Part shown: one piece after another, positions 37,234 through 50,406 of the stretch
Position numbering within the stretch: the first letter of the stretch is position 1
How the letters are laid out: every line of letters starts with the position of its first letter
Assembly: GCA_040954595.2 (NCBI GenBank)
Contig: CM082583.2
Location: forward strand, 9,871,656 to 9,935,655
DNA: 64,000 nt
Direction: 5' to 3'
Source: Balanoglossus misakiensis
Lineage: Eukaryota; Animalia; Hemichordata
Notes under the pieces: model-generated
The model's database searches: none
What the model was told of the DNA's origin: nothing
Seen by the model: only the letters and a program-made list of their open reading frames with translations
Translations under genes and position numbers: made by a program

Positions 37234-40200
37234 TTATCTCTTTGAGTCTTTACTTGGTGATGATCGTTGACTTCCACCGCTGTAGGCCATGACATTGACG
37301 TTGGTTGGCCTTCTGGCATGGTCCATTCCCAACACGGGGAGTCTGGATCCATCGCGTCCTGCCACACCCATGGATGAACCCTGCAGGAAACACACAAAGA
37401 CAGTAATGTAACACCGGATACTCCATGACATAATTCCTGCCAACTTGCACACCTTTCATAATCAGCCAGGTTAAATTGTCCCCTGTGTTTTGTATACAAC
37501 AGAACTGTTAGTATACGTGCAGTAACCATGCTGTGAAAACAGAATGCTTGAATGCCTGCATGATATATAACACTCGTACAAAATAGGGACAATTAAAAGT
37601 CGTAAGTCATACGTAATCAATGCACAAATAGAGTGTGCACACTTGACAGCTGTAAAAATTCAATGAGTGGAAGTTTTGGCATCATTATACATCTTAGTTT
37701 ATGACTTTACATTGTAATTGTGACCACCTCAATAAAAGCCACAATTTCGACATGAACAACTTCAAAGAGCTTGACTCTGGTCAATGATCATTGTTAAGTA
37801 CATCACGACTAGAAGACAAACCAATCGCTAAAGTACTGCACTAGTAGGTTCTCTACATTCATGTCAAGTACTACAGGGTTTTATAATGAGAGAGTTGACG
37901 TGGGGGGTGATGAAACGTAGATGGACATGGGACCTTGAAATGATTGGCAGGGCAGCCTGTTCATTTCACTGTCCAGCTCAAAGCACGGGATCACCATAAC
38001 AGCTCTCCTTGCTGATAATTTGCCATAAATCATTGCCTGGGGGTTGCTATGAATGGAAAAAAAATACCCGCAGGCATTTACAATGTGTGTGAGTGTTTTG
38101 TGCAACTGGGGTGCGTGCTGTCACAACAAACGGAAAATGGTGTCAACAAACTCTGCTGGTGTTATCAAGTGAAAAACCACACCACATAATCTGTCAGTTA
38201 CACTACTAAACAAGCAAAAATAAAAGCAAATCACAGATCTAGGCCGGATGCACCTTTTTAGTCACACTCCTATTAAATATTCAATATTTAACTACATTGT
38301 AAACTTACTCTGGGCATTTTTATCGGATATATCATAAATATGACACAAGTGACATTACGGTGTCCTTTAAAACTGAGGTCGATTGTCATGGAGAGAATGA
38401 CCCAATGACACTTGACAAATGTGTCGAGAGAAGCAATTAAACACTTTCAGTCACTCATTCCGTAGACCAACATAAAACCCAACAATGCTGAGCAAACTCT
38501 ATAAAAATGTCCATCATGGCAAAACAGCCACTGATCGGCCTAATGGTATTGCAACACTATTCCTCTGTTTTTTTTTAATCATTTTGACCTGGATACTTTA
38601 TAAGCATCACAGTGTGTTGAATCCGGGAATGATTAAAGCTCATTCCTTGCGCTTCGACATATCGAGTCATGCATGTACATTTACAGCCAGAGCATGTTAC
38701 AGTGTCATATATCCCAATATCTTGGTGGACATCACCAAGGCTTTCTCTCACATTTCACATCATTTAAGTCACCAGGCAATCGTGTAGGAGACTGTTTGAT
38801 CACACCAGGACAAATCCCGCCCACATAAAAAACACACGATTCAGACAGCAATCAAACACTACTCATATCCTGAGGTGATTACAGGGACCGGCCACAGCCA
38901 GCGTATGTTATTCACATCAGCCAACACACACACCCAGATATCACACCGATATATATGTGTTACATTCATGGGTTACTAGTAGTTGACCCCACGACCTCTG
39001 TCCCAGTTAACGGCGCCAGCGCCACACTGCACCAGGAAGATGGACTGCTAATCAGGAGGGAGGGGGAGGGGGGTTAAAAGGAAAATGCCATAGTCAGATC
39101 TATTTTCTTTATTACTGTACATGTACATGCATATACATCCGACAGAGTGCATCTAGATCATCTTAAATACAATACATTTGCTTCAAAACAAACTACAATA
39201 GTTATAACAGTTTTAGAATCAATGTGGTCATATTAATTGGGTAGTGTACGTGTAATTTCTATGGGAAAAGGAAATATGCAACATTATACAATTATTTTAT
39301 AAAGAAAAATGTACTTAAAGATGACACTGTTTATGGTTATAGGTGTTATTTGAAAATCCTTGAAGGTCATGTCTATTTGTATTTTCATCAGGTAGCCAGG
39401 TGTAATAAAACAGAAGGTCGTCATGACTGCGATAAATCAACCTTGGCTTTGCAGGTGATTGACCATGGTTATGACCTTGATGGCAAAATTGAAACTATAG
39501 GGTGGGACTGTTTTCATCACACACTGTGACATGACTGCTGTGGAATTTTAGCCAGGCATACAAGCATTGATGTGGCAGTGTACATGTACAGAATGAAAGA
39601 AAAAAGAGACAGCATGACCCTACTATCCACATGGGATTTGTTATGAGATTGGATTTTAAAAAGGTAGAAAAATTGTCAACCAACAATTATTAAAACGAAA
39701 GGGTGACTGAACGCTAGGTACTTACAGAAATTGTTAGAAATATTTCATTATCCTGAGTATGCAATATAACAAAGGAAAATGACATGCTTGAAAGAATTCA
39801 TGTATCGTGGTTATTTCTGATCACACCGAACTAATGGAATAACACAGTATTGCTGTATCATGTGTGTGTCAATCAATTAACACAGAATACCGGTACTTCA
39901 CGTCAGTGGTTCTGAAACTTGTTATTATAAAAACAATTTCCAGACAACACCTGCTAATGGCAGGATTACGATTGCGATGCTGGTTTAGGAAACATACTTT
40001 CTTGTGTATATTTTAATTATTTAACCTTAAATATTTAATAATTGAGTCAACACCCTCTCTTTTCAAATTGAACATTTTTAAAACCTGGGAAAATGCATAG
40101 TTAGCCAGTGAGATGACAAAAATTGAGGGAGAAAGTTGTTGGGTGTTTTTACCAGTGCTTGTATGCACCATTACGAAAGCTACCTCACTATAGTATACTT

Positions 40201-42136
40201 ACAGGTACAATGTCATCATACGCTACCAGGGTCTTCTCCCGAGGGAACTGTGTATAGCCTCCAGCTCTGCTGTCAAGCCTCACTGGTCGGTTCTCGGCAA
40301 ACACACGGTTGAAGTTTCCTTCCCGATTGCTCAGTTCCATGCGGTACCAGCGGATTTCTCGCTTCAGACGTTCAATTTCCTCATTTGGGTTCTGTGAAAG
40401 GAGAGACAAATATTACCCGTACATACCCATGTACAATGTAGTTTAGGGATGCATGGGTAAGTGCATTAATCTCTACCCATGAAATTACTTAGTTCAAGTT
40501 AAACAGCAAAATACACTTGAGTGCATGTACATGAGTATACAGAATATTTTATTGAAAAAATATATACTACTTTAACCAGAAGAGGGCGCCCTTTCCGATT
40601 ACAGGTACTAGTATCTTTCCCCAACAAACCTAGTCTCGGTTACCCAGACGCCTTTGCTTCTTCCGATGCTCTCCAGAAAAAGGGTCTGGGGAAATGCTAT
40701 TGAAAGCTTTGTAAAACAAAATGGCCGATGTCAGGATTTTGATCATCGCCTGATTGGCTGAGCTGTCAGTATGACCCGGGTCACTGACTCTCGACAATGT
40801 GTGATTATTTGTCGTATCTTCATATCAAGAGACCGGTACTTGTTGGTTGATGCGAAAGGCAAAAGGCGTCCTCTGTTAGCATTGTTGGAGAAATTATATG
40901 AAATATCTTTGGTAGACGATTGTCAAAACTATTGCAGTGACCCGGGTCATACAGACAGCTCAGCCAATCAGGCGATGATCAAAATCCTGACATCGGCCAT
41001 TTTGTTTTACAAAGCTTTCAATAGCATTTCCCCAGACCCTTTTCTGGAGAGCATCGGAAGAGCAAAGGCGTCTGGGTAACCGAGACTACAACAAACCATG
41101 TAATCCCGTATACCAGTGTTTGATACAGTGACCTACATGTATGATACCATGGCAACCAGTGTTTGATATCGTGACCTACAATACCATGGCAACTGACCAT
41201 GGTGTTGTTGATGCTGTGCCAGTAGCATGCATGTAAGTCACATCAGCCTGGAAACTGCAAGTAATGATATGGCATTGTTGGTTCACTCACCCCAGGCGTT
41301 CTAGGATGGTGACTGTTGATGCTGTCTGCACTAGTTTGCATTCTCTTTCGTAATTCCTTTTTCAGCAGCTTGAGATCTTCTTCTAACTGCTTGTTCTTCT
41401 GGCTGAGGTTGTCCTTAGTTTCCGTAACCTCCACCAGAGCCTTTTTCAATTCCTGCAGCTCGGCAGTCAGTTTTGTCTCAGTTTGATCTAACTGTTTCGT
41501 CAGTTTCTTCACCAGGTGTTCCTTATCGTGAAGATTCCTGTCCTTGTTGGCAAGCAATCCTTCCAGTTTATTGAGTTGTCTGTCCTTCTCTCTGATTTGT
41601 TTCAGCAGCTCTTGACTTTCGCTGGACACACCTTTTTCGTATTTCTGAACAGTGGCATTGGCTGCCGAAAGTTGCTTCTGTAAATCCTCTATCTGACTTT
41701 GCAACCGATTAATTTGATCATCTTTGGCTTTTTGCTCCTCGGTGTGCTTACGTTCAGATTTCTTGACGCACTCTCTGATGTCGTCTTTCAGTTTTGACGC
41801 CTCTTTGCTCGCATTCCTCCGAGTCTCCAGAAGTTCCCTGTCCAGTTTGGCAAGTCGGTCTTTGGCATCGGAAATAACTACAGAGATTTCTTGCTCGTAC
41901 GCGTCTTTCAACGCTTCGATTTCAACCTCCTTTTCGTGGTTCCTCGTGAATAACATGTGCACCACTTGGGTCAGCTCGGCGACCTTCTTGCACATTTTGA
42001 ACTCGAAAGTTCGCTTGCTTTTGACACCGGTCGGGGCGGTGTTGACGTCTCGGAGCAGCACGTCCATTTTGATTTTCTCAGCTGCCATGTCAACAATGTC
42101 CCTGCCGCCCTGTTTACGTTGTTGTTTGGCAGCCAT
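37234..42136 (-). CDS. Compact FAM184-like coiled-coil protein (~393 aa)
   Basis: Exons 41291-42136, 40203-40391, 37234-37380, all phase 0. FKMCKKVAELTQVVHMLFTRNHEKE..IEALKDAYEQEI resembles the FAM184A N-terminal motif KMSKKIAQLTKVIYALNTKNDEHE; YRMELSNREGNFNRVF resembles YQLELVNRETNFNKVF. The choice of last exon is uncertain. Confidence 0.75.
40576..40589 (+). promoter_or_regulatory. CTCF-like motif
   Basis: CCAGAAGAGGGCGC is close to the CTCF core CCASYAGRKGGCRS. Confidence 0.4.
40631..41088. mobile_element. 458-bp non-autonomous DNA transposon (MITE), TAG...CTA termini, 9-bp TSD; AcademH-like
   Basis: TIRs 40631-40786 and 40935-41088 differ by only 2 indels and 1 substitution. Perfect TSD CAACAAACC at 40622-40630 and 41089-41097. 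Confidence 0.93.
41113..41193 (+). repeat. ~40-bp tandem duplication carrying X-box-like ACCATGGCAAC
   Basis: CCAGTGTTTGATACAGTGACCTACA...ATACCATGGCAAC occurs twice. Confidence 0.6.
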
Positions 42137-44333
42137 TGTCACCTGGTGACTCTCCAAACAAGCCGGCACTCTTCATTCATTCTTTATTCAAACTGATCTG
42201 TAGTGATGAAGCATACAATAAAAAAAAATTAACAATACAGATCAAAAACCTGTGGTGTATAAAAACCAAATGGGTGATAATCTCTCTGCCGTTTGAGCAC
42301 AACTTCTCTAAAATATTTACCAGGGCGATCTGAAATGTGGTGCTAAATATCGGCACAATGGAACAAGCAGTGACTACCAACAATTGTAAAGTGATTAAAG
42401 GCTTTGACAGCTATTCATTGAAGACATCAATAGAGTGTTTGCATGACCACAACAAGCGCCACAATAGGACAGACTTTAGATCAGTTTTTTGAACATCCAT
42501 AGCCTGGAATCATTGTTCCACAGTTGCAAAGAACGAGCAGTGTTATACCGAGTATACACAAAACATGTAATGTCTCTGACAGTGTTGAAAAATTATTAAT
42601 TTGACCAAACTCAAGGCTGATCAACATCTAGTAGTGGTATGCTTAGAATCTTTTTTAAACTAATCTTTGACCCTCCTCCTCCAAGTTTCAATTTAAAAGC
42701 CAATCTTCCTATATAATATCTAGCTGATTATTCTACTGCTGAAATACGATTAGAACGGACCCATGAAGATATTAGTAGCACAGATACTACCTTTTTTACA
42801 TATACTGCATTGTAGTTGTATAATGTACATTAGCCAGCCTATGTCACTTATCGCACTGCTTCTACACTGTACTATACAAGCGCACACAATGAGAAAATCA
42901 CCATAACTCAATGATTAGTATCATTACCATCACCACTGCCATTAACCTTTTTTGCGCTGCAGTAGCATCCTATATCATTTCCTGGTTTTGGACTAAGTGA
43001 CTTTATGTTCAGTGTAATGTGCACTTTCTTATTCAAAGGCTCTAATCACCCAACTACTTAAATAATTAAATCACCCCATTTGTGGTGAGAATGTGAATTT
43101 TCCTCTTTCCTCCATTAATTGAAGTGCCTTGAGAACATATACATTTTAATGATAATAATTTGCCCCACTTTTAAATGAAAGAAGTCACTTGCCCAAGGTT
43201 TTACAAATTGGGTTTTACCTGACTCGTTTATTAAATACATATAAGCCAATAGTCTCAAACTGTGGAGTAGTGTTCTGACAGTCCACACGGCCACGCTGTC
43301 AAAACATTCTACCTGAAAGGGGTGACTATTTGAAATGAATAACGAGGTAAAGACATGTGGTAGCAACACCAGCAGAGTTGTTCAATCATGTCCCCTCAAG
43401 GGACTGCCTGACTATTGAGAAATAATTGGATGGGGTATAATAGGGTCTGGCGTATACCCAGGGGTGTCAAATGCCTCCGTGGGGTAACGTACAGTACATA
43501 CAGAATCGACTGCTGTCATATCTGTGTGTACGGACGGTGGAACTGGAGTTCTACCGTGGAGCTACCAGTACAGGGCAGACGACGTGCTGCAATGTCGTCT
43601 GCACTACACTGCATCGCAACATTTTCATCGATGTTGTCGGACGACTAACTTCTAATATGCCAAGGGGACTGGTGTACCATGGCAGGATTGTGAACTGTGT
43701 CCCCACTGCTGGCAAACAGTCACCGGGTGGACGATTTGGCCATAGCGAGGAATGTCACACTGTCCTATCACATATTGCATGGCTAACATAGCATTGAAAC
43801 CTACATAGCATAGCGACATCATTTCACGTCGTCCGCACGACAACACCTCACTGAGCCAGTCAGTTTGACTGGAGCACGTTACTTAGTTGGCACAGTAACT
43901 CAAGGTTTAAGTGGGAACACACCTTACCATGTCCGACACACTGAAATAAACAAAAATGTAGTATACTTACTGTATATAAACTTCACGTCAACTACATGGG
44001 TCAACGTATACAAAGAAGTCAGTTACGCTCAGCGGACTAGCTTATCGATCTCTGACCCTTTGACCTGTCGCCGGGGACGGCAACGTCTGTAAAATCTCAC
44101 CTATTTACTCCAGTTAACAAGCAACTGTTTTCTGATATGCCGTCTTATTTTTATCACATTAAGTTGACATCACATGCGGTATCAATTTTCTGTGCAGTTT
44201 TAAGCTTCTTTGAAGATATTCTTGGGTTTCCCCTGGCCTTCCTTACCTAATAAAGAGTGTAACCCCCGTGGAGTTATCGCGACTATTCAACACGGTACTT
44301 ACTGTTATGCAAATGACTTATAATCAATCGCCG

Positions 44334-44347
44334 GTTGCCATGGCTGC
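44334..44347. promoter_or_regulatory. RFX X-box-like site in the presumptive FAM184-like promoter
   Basis: GTTGCCATGGCTGC just upstream (minus strand) of candidate 5'UTR donors at ~44100, ~44246 and ~44302. Confidence 0.4.
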
Positions 44348-46129
44348 ATCATCTCCCTGACTGGCTTGGCCCCGGAATCACCACAGAAATATTGTTTTGC
44401 AGGGAGAATAATTACAGTTACATTAATAGTGAACAAAAAAATAAATTTCCTTTCATGTTTGGGAAACAATAATGGGCGTAGAACTGACCTTATAAGGTAA
44501 AATTAATTGAATCATCAAACGAAAAAAAAGTATCGTAGATCTTTCTGGTTTCTCGTACGATATGTGACGAAATGAACTCTATTGATCCGCATCCTGAGAA
44601 AGCAAAAAAACTGTAGGAATGACGCGGAACTGAGGAATGGAAGAAGCGTTTTTTTGCAATAAAGATTTGCCAAATCAGACCACATTTTTTTAAAAACATG
44701 CTTCAAAGGTGCGCCAAAAAACTGAGTCCGAAGCGATGGTTTGTCACCTCGCTCACAATATCACATTGAATGAACAGTTAAATCTCTCATGGATAAAATC
44801 AGCGACACGACTAATATCAAATATGTTACACATACATATAGCCTATAAACTGATCATGGAACCTAAAGACTTTGCATCAAACTCTCTGTGTTTTTATTTT
44901 GTATGTACAACCGGTAAGCATACACAAAGCGACATGAGGTTTAATGATGATTTAATTTTACCTAGTACCTAGTCATCACCTAAAAATGACCATGGCCTTC
45001 TTTTATTAGCGGAATTACACAAACTTGTACGCAGAATCTATGGTAGAATTGAATTTCCGTTGCTTTCTGCACCTCACCACACTTACAACGCAGCCAGCGG
45101 TAGATATTGAGGCAGAATTCGTTTTATAACTTGGAAGATCCGTCGTTTATGGCGCTCTCTATATAGGAAAACCCCCCCCCCCCCACCAACCATAATTATT
45201 GTCACTAAAATGACGATTACATCTCGTTTGCCACTTGAAATATTTCAATTCATTTACGACCAATTCAAGATAATTGACTCTGTATCAATATAAAGCTTTA
45301 TATAATATTGGGTAAATAAAATGTCCGAAACACTAAAGTTGGTGGGGTCCATGATACATGCATGCATTCCCACACGTTGGACATTTTCCTTGAAGCTTAG
45401 TATAACGGGGTTCCCATTATTTGATAAATCTGTTACATTTTAACTGTTTTAGGGACTTACATGTGTTCTGTTTACGCGATCTGTCCATTTGGATTTTAAT
45501 TTCCGCCTGTTTCCCTCAAGTAGGAAAATAGTGTTTTAATGACAGCTCTCGTATATCTTGGACTCAATGAGATATGTGGAAAGTTTATAATATCGTGTCT
45601 TGTTATTTGTGCTGCATGTATGTTTGGGCATGATGCTACAGATATCGAACTAAGGCCCAGACCCCGCCTCTGTACCGATTCACGTAGTAAGGAAGTAATA
45701 AAGAAAGGAACGCCGGTGCAATGACTTGAACAGGAGATCAACGACCCCGTTTTTTTGTATGTATGTCTACTGTCTACAATATAATAATAATATACCAATA
45801 AACTACAAGTTATACAAAGGAGAATAATAATCATAGTATAAATTATAACATATGGTAAATGTCTGCTTTTTTAAGTCATCATATTTTAGATAGTTGCAGC
45901 TCGTGGGCATTTTCAACAAAATGTAAGTTATATAAGTTAGAAGTGCTGAAAACTAGGCGACATGGTGTACAATTTGCTTTGATTGGCTCGATCTTCACTT
46001 TGGTGTAATCCTATAAAGACCTTCCACAGAAATGTTTTAAAAAAAGTTCCCTTGAACTGGACTGAACCACTGGACGCCTGCGCATGCCCTTAACAGATAC
46101 TCGAACTACATTGTCTTGTTGCCATGACA

Positions 46130-46360
46130 GAGTCAAGGTTAGCTGTCTAGGTGAAAAAACCAAGGTCAGGTCACAACTTCCTTTATTTACATCCACGCTA
46201 GACAGTGGGACTGTTACGAGAAGGGGCTGCAGTGTCACCTTGTCGATTTAGAGCTCTGTACCACGTGACCAATTCTGCCCAATGAAGCACGAGCTAGGAA
46301 CGTGCTGGTGAAGGTCGCCAACAACTCACCACGCCCACCATATGCAAATGTTATAATCAT
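46130..46360 (+). promoter_or_regulatory. KLF gene proximal promoter
   Basis: AGGTCAGGTCA (~46163), E-box CACGTG (46262), two CCAAT, KLF/Sp site CCACGCCCA (46329), octamer ATGCAAAT (~46342), TATAAT (~46352). Confidence 0.55.
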
Positions 46361-46664
46361 TGTGTGACAGGACCAGTGTGTTTCGCAACAAAGAAACGCA
46401 CTGCACGCCGAAAATAGCGATTTTCTCATTTGACGACGGAAAATCCCTCACAACAAGAGGGGATTTTTGGTCTGCCGCACCGCTCCCTTCGCTATCGACG
46501 AGAAATCTTGCAGTTTGTACGGGAAGTTACTGAGAAGTCTGATCGGGAGGCGTTGATCGTCTTGACACAACTCAAACTGCCGGTGTACGTTGACCCGGTG
46601 TGGACAGTTTTCATTGATCGCACAGGACAACAAACCTGTCGGCAACTGGATTTCGTCAGGTCGA

Positions 46665-49600
46665 ATGGCTACCTCTACGGAAGCACAGGCCGATTTTGTG
46701 AGACAGAGGGGACCGGAGGCAAAGTTTGCAGCAGAGTGTCTTCTGTCGATGGCGATGTCGTTACAGAACCCTAAACCTCAACCGTTGATGCTAGGCAATC
46801 AGACATCCGAGTGTGTCGCAGTTCCAGCTGGTAGCGAGGACAATAACTCGCAGCTACCAAATCCTTTGTTCATGGTGGCGCGAATCCTCACAGATTTAAA
46901 CAAGCACAGGCCACGATCGCAGACAAATTCACCCATAAACGTCTATCCGTCACTCCAAGAGCCAGAACTTGACCCAGACGTTGTAAGTGACTCTGAAATG
47001 GACTTCGCTTCCGAACGAAAACGGTCGTCAAAAAGTGCCCCACCTACCTCGCCATCTAGTACGGTGGGCGCGGGCGGGAGACAAAGACCCAAGCGTAGTA
47101 GGAAAAGTGTACAGGGACCGACTCCCAAAAAACATCGCTGTCATTACAGAGGTTGTGAGAAGGTGTATGGGAAATCATCACACTTGAAAGCGCATCTGAG
47201 GACGCACACGGGTAAGTAATTGTCGGTAGATTTCAGTCAAGAAACTGGCTTCTGAAACCTACAACATATCCAAACCACGCCACGCCGGCTGGGCTATCAG
47301 CTGTTTTCTCACAGCCCAGTCCATTAGTAGTGGCGAGGCCTAGCTTGACAGTTGATCTTATGTAGGTGATGATATTATTAAACTTAACTAAGCTAATAGA
47401 GGGGAAAACATACTCTGAAAATTACAGATCTCGTGGCTTTTTTGTCGTTTTTAGTCATGACCTTTGTGACGCATGTGCTTTGTGGAAACAAGTACGAAGT
47501 AGGCGTGTCCGCCATATCGGCGATATAAAACAAGTCGAGACATTGCTTCTTTTGATGGCACAGTAAAACGGCACAAAGGAATTAAATAAAATCAGTTGGT
47601 TTTCTTAGCCACATAGAAAATGTTCATTAAGAGTCGAATTCTTAACATCTTTGATTATACTGAGCCACCTGAAACTTCTTTGTAATATACACAGCACAGT
47701 GGCGGTCAATATCCCAACACTTGATATTCAAATATTGTTAATTTCGACAGTGAAATCAACATATTTAAGTGTTCAAGCGAGGTTTTCAACTTATTGACAG
47801 TGAATTTGTGGTGTTCACTTCTGAAATTGCGTGAAAAAATGGCCAGTTTTGTCAGTGAACAGAAGTCATCAGGCATTTGATAGAGAAAAATAGTGTGTGC
47901 TAAAAGGGGCAACACCCACTTTTTTGCATACGCAGCTGCCGCTGTTTGTGAGGGGAGTTGCTGCCTTTTCAATTTCAGAGAAGGCCAATGTTCACTTATC
48001 CGCCTCGTGACTCACTGAAACCGTTGCCTATGCAAGTAATGTTGGGGTTGGTAGTCAAGAAGATTGTGAATTTATTTTTTATGCAAAAAAGGAGTTTCGT
48101 CATTTGGTTGGGGGAGGGGGTGGGTAGCGGCGTAATGGCCGAAGTACAAAGACTATTTAATCAATATAGAACACCCCCAGGCCCACTTTCAACACAGGAA
48201 GTTATCAAAGCCTTTCATAACCCAGTGTCTTCCAAATTTCTTGATTTCTTCGTACCCCTAGATTGTTTGATCACACATTCATGTCTTCAGGTGGTGATCA
48301 AAGCTTTAATCCCCAAGCGTCGCCTATAAATTAGCATTTCAAATAGATAACAAATTCAGTTTCTTTGTTAGACCAAAAGTCTGTGGTGTTGGAAGGAAAC
48401 GCCCACCTCTGTCTGAGAGCTTGCCTTCTTGACCTTGTTGCCATAGTACGAAGTGCACCAAAGTTGTTGTTTTTCATGAAAAAAAGAAACTGTTTTGGTG
48501 TTGTTGTTTATCCGGTGCAAAATACAATTGTCATTTTTAGCTTTTTGTCTTGTGCTACTGGCAAGCTCTATATTTGATCAATGCAATAGAAATTGGAGGT
48601 ATGCAAATGTTGTTTAGACAACCCATCCAAGTTCAGCTGTAAAAAAGTGTAACACATTTCCTTGAAATGTACCTTTGCAGAAATCTCTGATAGATCCTGT
48701 GAATAAATGCTATGGTGTTATAATGTCATTGGATGACCCAGAGGGCTGCCATTTTATTGAAAAATTACTTCTCAGTCTGACTGCATTGTTTTTGTGCAAA
48801 ATGCTGGTCACACATCGTTCCCACCATTGGTTGCTTGTTCCAGGGTCTATGGATTCCCACCCCAGCTGCTTTTGTTGGCCTCAGCTGCCATATCAGGCTT
48901 TACAATCTCTTTGATGAACTTTCAAAGACTCAAGTTCAAGGTTTCTAACAAAGGGTTGTAAATGCTAACGCTCTTTTCCCAACCAGTTTCTGACATTAGT
49001 TTGTCACCAAAAGTTTCTTGAAAGTAAGGAATTCTAAAGAGCTTGAACATGTTATCACAATATGAAAGTGCTGTGTATATCCACTGTTGCCTTTAAAAAA
49101 AAATCGGTGACAAAAAAATTAGCATGAAATGTGCCTATGGCAAAATCTGTGATACATGTCTATTTATAGCTAGGGGACTTTCTTACTGTTGTGTAACCTG
49201 CTATGATCGACATGTTTTATTGGATTAAAAACATGTATTCTATTCTAAGATAGATAGATATTAATAGTGACCAGTTTTCAGTAACGTATGTTCTCAGAAC
49301 TTGTGAAATAATAAAAAAAGAACAATTTAACTTTGCAGAGAATATATGATATGTACTTTGATGAAAGTGGTGATGCTTGATAGTTATGAGGTCTATTCAG
49401 GCAAGTGTCTGTCACAATGTTGCCAGATATATCATTACTTATGTCCCCAAAGGTCATGTTAGGTAGGCATCAATTCGCCTGCTGAGCACAGCCAGCTGTA
49501 ATGGATAGATTTGCCAGTTGTTGCCATAGTAACCAGAGATAGGTCAGTGGGGCGTGGCCTGTACTGTGAGGGATCCAGTGCAGTGTGTAAACAGAGAGAC

Positions 49601-50406
49601 CTTGGCCTGCTGGTCTTCACAAAGGAATGCTCCACTTCTTCTCCCACTGCAGTTGGGGTGAAGGATTGTATGCACAGTCAGATAATCGTTTTTCTAATAT
49701 TAGAAATCGTAGATCACCCGGAGTGATAAAGTGCTTAAAGTACATATGCTGCATGAACTATGCCACCAGCGTCACTTTGTCATCTGTTAAAATCTTTTGT
49801 TCTCATCGTTTTGTGAAAGATGCATAATTAGAAATGTGGCAACAGGCAAGTGCAAGGCCCAAGTTCTTCTCGCATTGTCTGTCTTGTTTTTTAGGCCACT
49901 TGGTTTTCAGAGATGTGTACCCCCAGCCGAGTATAAATTAGGTGGTGTGAATGACCAGTCCTTTTTTTCCAGACACAACAGGAAATCTTAACTCTCCTTT
50001 GTCTGGGAGATGACAGTACCGGTACTCTAGTCGGTACAACAAGGCCATTGTTGACGGAAATTTAACAAAGAAATCAGACAGCACAAATGATGGAGAGAAA
50101 AAAAGATTCATTGGTGTTGTTTTCAACCATAGGAAGTTCATGCATGTAATATTAAAAGTAAATAGTGTTAAAAATTTATCTTTTTTGTCTTTTTCAGGGG
50201 AAAGACCATTTCCGTGTTCTTGGCCTGAGTGTAACAAGAAGTTTGCTCGATCAGATGAATTGGCAAGGCACTATCGCACACACACAGGAGAGAAGCGCTT
50301 CGCCTGTCCAATCTGCGAGAAGCGATTTATGCGAAGTGACCACCTGATGAAGCACGCCCGTCGCCATGCCAACTTCGAACCCAGTATGATCAAGAAGAAC
50401 AAATAA
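46665..50406 (+). CDS. KLF9/13: Kruppel-like factor of the KLF9/13/14/16 (BTEB) subfamily
   Basis: Exons 46665-47211 and 50198-50406. Sin3-interaction motif FAAECLLSM, motif [12 protein letters not shown], and three C2H2 fingers ([18 protein letters not shown]|ERPF...[21 protein letters not shown]...[15 protein letters not shown]) with the intron after finger 1. Confidence 0.95.

Noticed and set aside
40521-41200. Short ORFs sharing KGLGKCY on both strands
   Set aside because: Produced by the two TIRs of the MITE; no transposase.
42805-42895. miR-33-like TGCATTGTAGTTG with an imperfect hairpin
   Set aside because: The match stops after 13 nt, there is no proper star arm, and miR-33 normally lies in an SREBP intron.
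46430-46774. Overlapping TTG-started ORF and possible non-AUG extension of KLF
   Set aside because: No recognisable motif; an open frame in a GC-richer leader is not enough evidence.
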